Positions 23,409 to 31,905 of a stretch of 64,000 nt of DNA are shown piece by piece. Position 1 is the stretch's first letter. Every line of letters begins with the position of its first letter. A program made the position numbers and the translations under genes. The stretch is taken from the NCBI GenBank assembly GCA_052386875.1, contig JBQTJS010000050.1:1032-65031 (forward strand), in the 5' to 3' direction. This DNA is from Gemmatimonadaceae bacterium. GTDB lineage: Bacteria > Gemmatimonadota > Gemmatimonadetes > Gemmatimonadales > Gemmatimonadaceae. The notes under the pieces were generated by a model that saw only the letters and a list, made by a program, of their open reading frames with translations, was not told the DNA's origin and did not search any database.

Positions 23409-24089
23409 GTGTTTTCCCTTGCCATCGATGCCTCGGCGGGGACCGGCACAGTTGCGCTGCTGCATGGGCGCAGCGTCGCCGCGCACTGCGAGGTGGAGCC
23501 GGGTGATCGGCGCAGCGAGCGGATGCTCCCCGCCGTCGCGGCGATCCTGCGGCAGTGCCAGGTGCCGGCCGCGCGGCTCGGCCGCGTGATCTGCGGCGAC
23601 GGTCCGGGGAATTTCACAGCGCTGCGCATCGCGGGGGCCATTGCCAAAGGGTTGGCTCGCGTCTCCGGCGCCGAGCTGTGCGTCGTCCCTTCACTCGCGC
23701 TCATTCCCGCCGCTGAGGATCCGGCGCTGACTAGCGGCGACTATCTTGCGCTGCTCGACGCGCTGCGTAGCGAGTGTTATGCTGCGCACGTGACAGTGTC
23801 CCCTGATGCGGCGATCTCGCGCTTCACCTCGCTCGGCCGTATGACATGCGCTGCTGCGTACGACTACGCCAAAATGCATAATATCGTCCCGGTAGGTGTT
23901 TGTCCGGGCCTGGAAGGGGCCCGCGTACGCCGTCCGCACGCGCGCGGCGCGGCGCGTCTGCTGGGGAATGAGCTGCTCGTTAGGCCCGTCTCGATCGAGC
24001 ACTGGGAACCCCAGTACGGCCGGCTCGCCGAAGCGCAGGTTGTGTGGGAACGCACGCATCGGCGAGCGCTCGATGCGACGGACGCCTGA
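23409..24089 (+). CDS. tsaB: tRNA t6A37 biosynthesis protein TsaB
   Basis: GTG start. The protein begins FSLAIDASAGTGTVALL, and the gene sits between tsaE and rimI. Confidence 0.85.
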   Translation: MFSLAIDASAGTGTVALLHGRSVAAHCEVEPGDRRSERMLPAVAAILRQCQVPAARLGRVICGDGPGNFTALRIAGAIAKGLARVSGAELCVVPSLALIPAAEDPALTSGDYLALLDALRSECYAAHVTVSPDAAISRFTSLGRMTCAAAYDYAKMHNIVPVGVCPGLEGARVRRPHARGAARLLGNELLVRPVSIEHWEPQYGRLAEAQVVWERTHRRALDATDA

Positions 24090-24661
24090 TGGGGACGAGT
24101 GCTTCGCGCGCCCGGCGTGGTCGCGAGACGCCCCCTGGGGGCTGGGCGGCCCTGCGATCGGCGCAGGCCGGCGGCGACCCTGCCGTCATCACGCTGCGCA
24201 CGGCTCAGGCTGGCGACCTCGACGCCGTCACCGCCATCGAACGCGAGTCGTTTAGCGACGCGTGGTCCGAAGGCTCGTTCCGTTCGCTGCTTGGGAGGCG
24301 CGAGGTGACGTTCGTCGTCGCCGTCGTGGCCCGCGATGGTGTGGACGAAGTCGCCGGCTACGCAGTCGCCTACTTCGCCGCCGACCAAGGCGAGATCACA
24401 AATCTGGCAGTCAAACACGAGTGCCGGCGCGCGGGATTGGGGACGCGCCTCCTCGAATTCGTCACGCGCGAAGCGATCCGGCGCGGAGCGGCTTCGATCT
24501 GGCTCGAGGTGCGCGAATCGAATACGGCGGCGCGCGCGCTATACCGCGCGCACGGCTATCATGAAGTGGGGCGGCGTGCGCGCTATTACGAACATCCGGT
24601 GGAGGATGCGCTGGTTCTAACAACAGGTCTAAAGTCAAAGGGTAGAGACACGTCGCGGTGA
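24089..24661 (+). CDS. rimI: Ribosomal-protein-alanine N-acetyltransferase (GNAT)
   Basis: GNAT motif RRAGLGTRLL. The ATG overlaps the tsaB stop, and tsaE-tsaB-rimI is the canonical context. Confidence 0.8.
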   Translation: MGTSASRARRGRETPPGGWAALRSAQAGGDPAVITLRTAQAGDLDAVTAIERESFSDAWSEGSFRSLLGRREVTFVVAVVARDGVDEVAGYAVAYFAADQGEITNLAVKHECRRAGLGTRLLEFVTREAIRRGAASIWLEVRESNTAARALYRAHGYHEVGRRARYYEHPVEDALVLTTGLKSKGRDTSR

Positions 24662-24755
24662 ATTGGCCGGGTCGGCGTGAAAACGTTTGCGCACTTCGGC
24701 GAGTACGGGCATACTGTTTTCGGCGAGACATTTCACGGTTTCGCCAGGAGGCCAT

Positions 24756-25274
24756 GTGAGTCGCAGCTTGAACAAGATCATGTTGATCGGCAACGTCGGG
24801 AACGATCCCGAGGTCCGCAGCACAACCGGTGGCTCGCGCGTCGCGCAGTTGTCACTGGCAACTACGCGGACGTGGAACGGGGCCGGCGGTGAGAAGCAGG
24901 AGAAGACCGAGTGGCACCGCTGCGTGTTGTGGAACACGAAAGGTGGCGGCAACCTCGCAGACATTGTCGAGCGCTACGTCAAGAAGGGAGACCGTCTCTA
25001 CGTCGAAGGACGCATCGAGTATCGGCAATGGCAGGATCGTGAAGGACAGACGCGCTACACAACCGAAGTGAACGTGCGCGAGATGATCATGCTCGGCTCG
25101 CGTGGCGGCGGCGATGGCGGCGACGTGGAGAACGGTAGTCGTCGGAGCGCAGCACCCGAACGCGCGCGGGCGGGAGCCGGGGCTGCCGCGGCGGCAGCAG
25201 GCGCTGAAGCGAGTGACGACTTCGCGGATTTCCCGGGCGCATTGGAGGACGAAGACGACGATCTGCCGTTTTAG
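24756..25274 (+). CDS. ssb: Single-stranded DNA-binding protein
   Basis: GTG start preceded by AGGAGG. OB fold N-terminus LNKIMLIGNVGNDPEVR, a Gly/Ala-rich linker, and the acidic tail DDDLPF. Confidence 0.9.
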   Translation: MSRSLNKIMLIGNVGNDPEVRSTTGGSRVAQLSLATTRTWNGAGGEKQEKTEWHRCVLWNTKGGGNLADIVERYVKKGDRLYVEGRIEYRQWQDREGQTRYTTEVNVREMIMLGSRGGGDGGDVENGSRRSAAPERARAGAGAAAAAAGAEASDDFADFPGALEDEDDDLPF

Positions 25275-25342
25275 CGTGCGCGCGCTGGCCGAAGTGCCGC
25301 GCCCGTGCTCCCCCGCACACTCCCCGTTCAATAGATTTGCCT

Positions 25343-25375
25343 GACGAAGCGGCCCTTTCGGGTCGCTTCGTTTTG
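25343..25375 (+). terminator. Rho-independent terminator of ssb
   Basis: Stem ACGAAGCGGCCC / GGGTCGCTTCGT with loop TTTC, followed by a T tract (tttt). Confidence 0.75.
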
Positions 25376-25424
25376 CATCGGAGAACACATGCGTGCACAG
25401 ACGGATCCGCGCGTCAGCGAGTCA

Positions 25425-25453
25425 GGGGGAGGGGTAGGGGCAGGGGGAGGGGG
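25425..25453 (+). promoter_or_regulatory. G-quadruplex-forming tract (five G4-5 runs) ending 4 nt before the ATG of the GalE-like gene
   Basis: GGGGGAGGGGTAGGGGCAGGGGGAGGGGG, read directly from the sequence. Confidence 0.6.
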
Positions 25454-25456
25454 AGC

Positions 25457-26482
25457 ATGAGTCGTCGAGCGATGGTGACGGGCGGAGCGGGTTTCATCGG
25501 CTCGCATGTCGCCGACGCACTCCTCGCTCATGGGTTCACCGTCGACGTGGTGGACAACCTCTCATCAGGCAGCCGAACGAACGTTCCGGCTGGGTCGCCG
25601 CTGCATGAACTGGATATCACGTCGGCGGATGCGGCGCGGCTGGTGCGCGAGTCCCGTTATGACGTGATCTGCCACCTGGCCGCACAGATCGATGTGCGTA
25701 AGAGCGTGACCGAGCCGGCTTTCGATGCGGCAGTCAATATCGGCGGTACAGTCAACCTGGTCGAAGCCGTTAGGCAGTCGGGCCACAAGACACGCTTCGT
25801 ATTCTCATCTACCGGCGGTGCAATCTACGGCGACTTCGTGGCTGTGCCGAGCGCGGAACAGGCACCGAAGGATCCGGAGTCACCCTACGGCATCGCGAAG
25901 CTGAGCGCCGAGTACTACCTAGCGTATTACGCGCGCGTACACGGGGTGGACACTGTGGCTCTGCGCTACTCCAACGTGTACGGGCCGCGGCAGAACCCGC
26001 ACGGCGAAGCGGGTGTGGTCGCGATCTTCTGCATGCGTTTACTCAACGGCGAGGCGCTGACCGTGTTCGGTGACGGGCAGCAGACGCGCGACTACGTCTA
26101 CGTCAGCGATGTCGCTCGCGCAAACGTGGCGGCGGCGACGCGCGTGCTGGCCCCCGCTGCTCAGCTCGACGCGCGCGCCTTCAACATCGGCACCTCGCGC
26201 CAGACGACGGTCCTCGAGCTGACGACGACCCTGATGCGGGCCGCAGGCCGCAGCGTAGCTGTGCAGCATGCCCCTGCCCGCGCGGGCGAGCAGGGGCGAT
26301 CGGCCGTGATCATCGATAAAGCAGCGCGTGAGTTGCAGTGGCAGCCGCGTGTGTCACTGGAGGAGGGCCTGCGCAAGACGTTCGAGTTTTTCGCGCAGCG
26401 TCACGCAGACAGCGCAAGCGCGGCCGGCGAGCAGTCGGCTGCGAGTGTCCCCCCGCCCGAGGCCGCGGGCCAGCGCGCGTGA
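25457..26482 (+). CDS. NAD-dependent epimerase/dehydratase (GalE-like SDR)
   Basis: The ATG at 25457 gives MSRRAMVTGGAGFIGSH. The YGIAKL catalytic motif is present. Confidence 0.85.
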   Translation: MSRRAMVTGGAGFIGSHVADALLAHGFTVDVVDNLSSGSRTNVPAGSPLHELDITSADAARLVRESRYDVICHLAAQIDVRKSVTEPAFDAAVNIGGTVNLVEAVRQSGHKTRFVFSSTGGAIYGDFVAVPSAEQAPKDPESPYGIAKLSAEYYLAYYARVHGVDTVALRYSNVYGPRQNPHGEAGVVAIFCMRLLNGEALTVFGDGQQTRDYVYVSDVARANVAAATRVLAPAAQLDARAFNIGTSRQTTVLELTTTLMRAAGRSVAVQHAPARAGEQGRSAVIIDKAARELQWQPRVSLEEGLRKTFEFFAQRHADSASAAGEQSAASVPPPEAAGQRA

Positions 26483-26496
26483 CAGAACTCCTCGTT

Positions 26497-27198
26497 ATGC
26501 AGCTCGGCGATCGCATCCCATCGACTGCCGTCGAGTTGATAATGGCAGGGACATTCGCCACGAAAGTAGTGCTTGGCGTCCTGCTCGTGTTGTCGCTGTT
26601 GAGCTGGGGGATCATTTTCGCGAAGTCACGCGAGTTTTCGCGGATGCAAAAGGCAGCCGGCGAATTCCTCAGGCGTTTCGAGCGCGCTCATTCGCTGGAT
26701 GAAGTGATAGCCGCTACGGGCCGCCTGCGACCTAACGCCTTTACTCGGGTGTTCGACCGTGCGCAACAATTCCTGGTCGACACGAAACCGGCGGTGGCGG
26801 CAACGCCGGATCGTCAGGCACGCTTGAGCGGTTCTCAGGTGGAGGCGCTGCGACTGCTGCTCGACTCGCAGACGACGGCGGAGCGCGACGCGTTAGGGCG
26901 CTTCGTTCCCTGGCTGGCGACGATCGGTTCAGTGAGCCCGCTCATCGGCCTGCTTGGTACCGTGCTCGGCGTGATCTCCGCCTTCATCGGGGTGGCAACG
27001 CAGGGCTCCGGCAACCTCGGAGCGGTTGCCCCCGGGGTCGCCGAGGCGCTCGTTGCCACTGCCGCGGCGCTCGCCGTGGCCATTCCGGCCGTCTTTGGGT
27101 ACAACTTCTTTGCCAGCCGTCTCAACCGCTTTGACGGGGAGCTGGAGGGATTCGGTTCGGAGTTGATCGCCCTGATGGTACGCGAAGGACGGATCTAG
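26497..27198 (+). CDS. tolQ: Tol-Pal system proton channel protein TolQ (MotA/ExbB family)
   Basis: Three TM helices and the motif GLLGTVLGV. It is the first gene of the tol-pal cluster. The start is uncertain (ATG at 26497 or GTG at 26479). Confidence 0.85.
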   Translation: MQLGDRIPSTAVELIMAGTFATKVVLGVLLVLSLLSWGIIFAKSREFSRMQKAAGEFLRRFERAHSLDEVIAATGRLRPNAFTRVFDRAQQFLVDTKPAVAATPDRQARLSGSQVEALRLLLDSQTTAERDALGRFVPWLATIGSVSPLIGLLGTVLGVISAFIGVATQGSGNLGAVAPGVAEALVATAAALAVAIPAVFGYNFFASRLNRFDGELEGFGSELIALMVREGRI

Positions 27199-27202
27199 AT
27201 CG

Positions 27203-27610
27203 ATGCGACGCTATCGCGAACGGAGTGCGCTGAACGCAGAGATCAATGTGGTGAGCCTCATCGACGTGATGATGCTGCTCATGGTGATCTTCATGATAAC
27301 TGCGCCAATGATGCAGGGGGGCGTCGATGTTTCGCTGCCGCGCGGCGAGGCTCGGCCGCTGGAACCAAAGAGCGGGCTGGTGGTGAGCATCGATCGCTCC
27401 GGACAGATACTGGTCGATGGAGCCGCTGTGAGTTACGATGAGTTTCGCGCCACGTTTCGGGCGTTATCGGAGCGCAAGGGGAAGGGCGGGGTGTACCTGC
27501 AGGCGGATCGCGATGCCGCGTACGGCCAGGTTGCACGCGTGTTGGCCGTGATGCAGCGGGCCGGGACGGGGAACGTAGGGATAGTCATGGAGACAGAAGA
27601 CAGGCGCTAA
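27203..27610 (+). CDS. tolR: Tol-Pal system protein TolR (ExbD family)
   Basis: 135-aa protein with one TM helix, INVVSLIDVMMLLMVIFMI. Confidence 0.85.
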   Translation: MRRYRERSALNAEINVVSLIDVMMLLMVIFMITAPMMQGGVDVSLPRGEARPLEPKSGLVVSIDRSGQILVDGAAVSYDEFRATFRALSERKGKGGVYLQADRDAAYGQVARVLAVMQRAGTGNVGIVMETEDRR

Positions 27611-27623
27611 GCGCATCTACGTC

Positions 27624-28322
27624 ATGGCTGCGCCGCGTTCACGGAGTCCTTCGTTAGGCAGGTCGCTGGCGGTTTCCGGCGCTCTGCACGGCGCTGCGCT
27701 TGTCGCGTTGCTGGTGCTCGGCGCGGGGGGCGCAGCCGTGCAAGCGCCGGTCTATCGCGTCGAATTGATCGCGGCGCCGCGCGGCGAGCGCGCCATCGGC
27801 GTAGTAGGAGCGACCGCAACGAGTCAGCAGGCGACTCCCAAAGTCACGCCGCCGCCGCCGGAGGAGCGTCCGGTTCTCACCGAGCGAAGTCCCCGGCGCA
27901 CGCCGACACGAGCTACGCCCTCGCCTGCTGCACAGTCGACGCGCGCCCCGCAGCAGGCAACGCGCGCCGGAGGCGGGCCGGAGGGGGGGACGGGGACGGA
28001 CGTGGCCAACGTGAGCACCGGCGGCATCGCCTTCCCTTATCCGGAGTACCTCAACAACATCGTTAGGCAGGTTCAGCTGCGCTTCAAGCCGCGGGCAGCG
28101 GGGAACCTTGTCGCTGAGGTGGTGTTCCTCATCCGGCGGGACGGCAGCGTGCACGAGATGCAGGTGCAGCGGCGCTCGGGGAGTCTGCCCTTCGATCTGG
28201 AAGCTCAGGGAGCGGTGGAGTCGGCCGCGGCAGCGCGCGCTTTCGGACCGCTTCCGAGAGGGTGGGGCGATGACGTGCTGCGCGTTATTTTCACCTTCGA
28301 ACCAGGACTCATTCAGCGCTAG
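27624..28322 (+). CDS. TolA-like / TonB C-terminal domain protein
   Basis: N-terminal TM helix, a Pro/Ala-rich linker, and a TonB_C-like end. It lies between tolR and tolB. Confidence 0.7.
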   Translation: MAAPRSRSPSLGRSLAVSGALHGAALVALLVLGAGGAAVQAPVYRVELIAAPRGERAIGVVGATATSQQATPKVTPPPPEERPVLTERSPRRTPTRATPSPAAQSTRAPQQATRAGGGPEGGTGTDVANVSTGGIAFPYPEYLNNIVRQVQLRFKPRAAGNLVAEVVFLIRRDGSVHEMQVQRRSGSLPFDLEAQGAVESAAAARAFGPLPRGWGDDVLRVIFTFEPGLIQR

Positions 28323-28328
28323 GTCGCC

Positions 28329-29645
28329 GTGGCTCGGTTTTCCACGCAGCGTTACACCTGCCTAACAATTGTGATGCTGGCCGTCGCGCTCCCGGCCGCG
28401 GGCCAGGACACGACGTTCCGCCAGGGCGTTCAGCTGTCGCTGCGCTACGCGCCGGGGACGCGGCCGGGCGTAGTCATCCTCCCCATCACGGGCCCGCTTG
28501 GCGACAGCGTTCGGGCGATGCTACAGCGCGACCTGGACTTTGGCGACCGGGTAACAGTGATCCCGGCCGACGCGCCCACCGTTGCAGCCACCGGAAACGA
28601 CGGTGGCGTGCTCAACTACCCGCTTTATGCCAGGCTGGGAGCCGCGGCGATCGTCCAAGTCACTTGGGGAGGCGACGCAGTCGCGCGCGTAGCGGTGCAT
28701 AACGTGGCTCGACAGAAGGTGGAGCGGACATACGACTTCACCCTGACGGGGGAGCCGCGCGGCCCGGATTGGCGGCTGTCTGTGCACGCGATGTCTGACG
28801 AGCTGGAGCTATGGATCACGGGCATGCGCGGCATTGCGGCTACTCGCATCGCCTACGCGAGCGGCGGACGTATTTGGCAGATCGACAGCGACGGGGTCAA
28901 TCCGACTGTGCTCACGAATGGGACGATGGCGATGTCACCCGCGTGGCATCCGCGCGGTAGCCACGTCGCTTTCCACGCTATGGGATCGGCGGGCAACTGG
29001 CAGGTGATGCTGCACGAAGCCGGTGGCGCAACGCGCGCCATCAACAGCACTCCGGGGGGGCAGAACATAACGCCGGTCTTTTCTCCGGACGGCTCGGCAC
29101 TGCTCTACTCGCACGGACGTGAGGCAGGGAACGACCTATACGCGACGCATCCATTCGGCGCCGAGCCTGTGCGCCGTATCACGGTTGGGCGCGGGAGCGA
29201 CAACACATCTCCGACATACAGCCCGGACGGGCGCCAGATCGCATTTACCTCGAACCGGACGGGGCGCGTGGAGGTGTATATTTCCGACGCGGATGGCACG
29301 AACGCGGAGCTGCTGACGGGAGGTGGGTATAACGACCAGTCATACAACTCCAATCCGGACTGGTCTCCGGACGGCCGCACGATCGTGTATCAGTCGCAGA
29401 TCGCGGGGCGCTTTCAGCTGCTGACGATCGGGCTGCGCGACCGGGTGCCGCGGCGCCTAACGAACGAAGGGATCAACGAGGATCCGGCGTGGGCGCCGGA
29501 CAGCCGGCATATCGTGTTCACGTCCAACCGCAGCGGAGTCTCACAACTGTTTGTAATCGACGTGGAGAGCAACCGCACGCGGCAGTTGACCCACTCGGCG
29601 GTCAAAGCGCGTCTGGCCGATTGGTCGCCGTACCTTAAGCGTTAG
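28329..29645 (+). CDS. tolB: Tol-Pal system beta-propeller protein TolB
   Basis: GTG start and a signal peptide. Repeated SPDG/WSPDG propeller blades. Confidence 0.9.
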   Translation: MARFSTQRYTCLTIVMLAVALPAAGQDTTFRQGVQLSLRYAPGTRPGVVILPITGPLGDSVRAMLQRDLDFGDRVTVIPADAPTVAATGNDGGVLNYPLYARLGAAAIVQVTWGGDAVARVAVHNVARQKVERTYDFTLTGEPRGPDWRLSVHAMSDELELWITGMRGIAATRIAYASGGRIWQIDSDGVNPTVLTNGTMAMSPAWHPRGSHVAFHAMGSAGNWQVMLHEAGGATRAINSTPGGQNITPVFSPDGSALLYSHGREAGNDLYATHPFGAEPVRRITVGRGSDNTSPTYSPDGRQIAFTSNRTGRVEVYISDADGTNAELLTGGGYNDQSYNSNPDWSPDGRTIVYQSQIAGRFQLLTIGLRDRVPRRLTNEGINEDPAWAPDSRHIVFTSNRSGVSQLFVIDVESNRTRQLTHSAVKARLADWSPYLKR

Positions 29646-29681
29646 GTTCAGTCACTCACTCTCGGATTTCTCGGAGCCCTC

Positions 29682-30287
29682 ATGCCGACACGTGTGCAGC
29701 GCCTGTTCGCCGTAGCCGTCCTGGTCCTCGCCGTCGTGTCCGCGTGTCGCAGGAAGCCGGCGGAGACGCCCGTGCCGGTGACCAATCCTGTGCCCGGAGA
29801 GACGTGTGATCAGCGCTGCCGGGACAGCGTGGCGGCTGTGGAGAGAGCGCGGCGCGATTCAGCCGAGAGGGCTGCGAGGGAGGCGGCTGCGCGCGATTCC
29901 GTTCGGGCGATCGAAAATCTGCGCAGCACGCTCGCTGAGAAGGTCTTCTTCGACTACGATCAGGCCGTACTGACAGACGAGTCAAAGGCAACGCTGGATC
30001 GCAAGCTGCCCATTCTGCGCGCCAACGCCGCTATGCGACTTCGCGTCTCCGGCCACGCCGATGAGCGCGGCTCCGACGAATACAACATCGCGTTAGGTCA
30101 GCGCCGCGCCGCGGCTGTCAAGCGCTACTTCGCGGATCAGGGGGTCGACCCGATGCGGGTTGACATCGTCAGTTTTGGCGAGGAGCAACCTGCCGTCCAG
30201 GGAATGTCGGAGGAGGCGTTTGCGCAGAACCGGCGAGCGGAGTTCGAAGTGACGGCCGGCGGCCAAAGCCTCGTCGTCCCGAAGTAG
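29682..30287 (+). CDS. pal: Peptidoglycan-associated lipoprotein Pal (OmpA family)
   Basis: Lipobox VVSAC and an OmpA-like domain (GHADERGSDEYNIALGQRRA..NRRAEF). Confidence 0.9.
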   Translation: MPTRVQRLFAVAVLVLAVVSACRRKPAETPVPVTNPVPGETCDQRCRDSVAAVERARRDSAERAAREAAARDSVRAIENLRSTLAEKVFFDYDQAVLTDESKATLDRKLPILRANAAMRLRVSGHADERGSDEYNIALGQRRAAAVKRYFADQGVDPMRVDIVSFGEEQPAVQGMSEEAFAQNRRAEFEVTAGGQSLVVPK

Positions 30288-30289
30288 CG

Positions 30290-31108
30290 ATGTCAGATCG
30301 AGCCCGGCCGGTCATCTCGCTACTGGGTGCCGTACTCGGCGCCGGCATCCTGAGTGCCTGCTTCGCCACGCGCAGCGACATGCGTGTGTTGCAGCAGGAT
30401 ATCCAGACGGCGCGTCTCGAAGCCCAACGCGCCGATTCCGCGCGTGCGCGGCAGCTCGATGCCGTGTCCCGGCTTATCGGAGTTGTGAGCGACTCGGTGC
30501 GCGAGTTGCAAACGCGCGTCAACCGGGTTCAGGGAGATATGCGCGGTGAGTTCCGCGAGGTGCAGGAGCAATTGATCCAGATTCAGGAGTTGACCGGGCA
30601 GAGTCAACGCCGCTTGCTGGACCTGCGTGCCGAGATGGAGCAGCGCAATCAGCAGATGCAGCAGCAGGCGCCGCCGCCGGCGCCGGGAGACAGCGGCAAA
30701 GCGCCGCCTGTCGCGGCGACTACGCCGGCAGCCCCGGGGCCGGCACAGCTGCTCTCGTTAGGGAGACAGCAGCTAGCTCAGCGCAGTTACGGCACTGCGA
30801 GAGCGGCGTTCGACGAATTGCTGCGCACGTATCCCGAATCCGATCTTGCGCCGGTCGCGCAGCTGCATATCGGCGAAACGTGGGCCGGTGAAGGGAACGC
30901 GGCCGCGGCCGATGCGGCCTACAACGCCGTGGCGGCCAAATACCCCAGTTCGGCAAGCGCGCCTAACGCGCTCTATAAACTGGGTCTCTCGATGGCGAAT
31001 CAAGGGAAGCGTGCCGAGGCGCGTCTGTTCATGGAGCGTGTAGTGCGCGCTTATCCGCAGTCCGACGCCGCGCGACTCGCCGACGACTGGCTCAAGGCGA
31101 ATCGTTAG
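30290..31108 (+). CDS. cpoB: Tol-Pal system protein CpoB/YbgF (coiled coil plus TPR)
   Basis: Coiled-coil N-terminal half, Pro-rich linker and C-terminal TPR domain. It lies directly after pal. Confidence 0.8.
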   Translation: MSDRARPVISLLGAVLGAGILSACFATRSDMRVLQQDIQTARLEAQRADSARARQLDAVSRLIGVVSDSVRELQTRVNRVQGDMRGEFREVQEQLIQIQELTGQSQRRLLDLRAEMEQRNQQMQQQAPPPAPGDSGKAPPVAATTPAAPGPAQLLSLGRQQLAQRSYGTARAAFDELLRTYPESDLAPVAQLHIGETWAGEGNAAAADAAYNAVAAKYPSSASAPNALYKLGLSMANQGKRAEARLFMERVVRAYPQSDAARLADDWLKANR

Positions 31109-31131
31109 GGCGGTCGTAGCAGGGACGCGTC

Positions 31132-31905
31132 ATGCCCGGGAGTGCACACAGCGAGATGCCGTTCCTCGACCACCTCGAGGAGCTGCGCTGGCGCATCCTC
31201 TGGTCCCTGGCGGCGCTCGTAGCGGCATTCTTTCTGGCTTTCTTCTTCGCGACCAAGTACGACGTGATCCTGCTGTTGCAGCAACCGATCCAGCCGTACC
31301 TCGAAGGTCGCCGGCTCATAGTCACGCACCCCGCGGATCCGTTCCGCTTGACTGTCAGCGTGTCGCTGTGGATGGCTGTCGTCCTGGCACTCCCGGTGAT
31401 CCTCTACCAGGCCTGGGCTTTTTTGGCGCCGGCGCTGTATGCGCACGAGAAGCGCGTCGTGATCCCCGTTTTCCTGTTCGGAACGATCCTCTTTCTCTGC
31501 GGTATAGCGCTGTCGTACTACGTCATCCTGCCGCTCACGCTGCGTTTCCTCTTCGCGATTCAGGCTGCTTCGCTGGATATGATGATTTCGGCTCGCGAGT
31601 ACTTCGGCTTCGCAATCGCGATGTCGCTCGCCATGGGGGTCGTGTTCGAGCTTCCTATAGTTGTGATCGGGCTCACCGCGGTGGGTGTGCTCACACCGAT
31701 GTTTTTGCAGAAGTTTCGCCGCTATGCGGTGGTTTGTTGTCTCGTAGCCTCGGCGTTCATTACGCCCGGCGCCGATCCGTTGTCGTTGTTGGCGCTTGCT
31801 CTGCCGTTGTACCTGCTGTACGAGGTAAGCGTGATCGCCTCGGCGGTTGTGTATCGGCGGCGCAATCGGCGCGCGGCGCGGTCGCTCGGCGAAGCGCCGG
31901 CCTGA
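31132..31905 (+). CDS. tatC: Twin-arginine translocase subunit TatC
   Basis: 257-aa protein with six TM helices. The N-terminus MPFLDHLEELRWRIL is typical of TatC. Confidence 0.9.
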   Translation: MPGSAHSEMPFLDHLEELRWRILWSLAALVAAFFLAFFFATKYDVILLLQQPIQPYLEGRRLIVTHPADPFRLTVSVSLWMAVVLALPVILYQAWAFLAPALYAHEKRVVIPVFLFGTILFLCGIALSYYVILPLTLRFLFAIQAASLDMMISAREYFGFAIAMSLAMGVVFELPIVVIGLTAVGVLTPMFLQKFRRYAVVCCLVASAFITPGADPLSLLALALPLYLLYEVSVIASAVVYRRRNRRAARSLGEAPA

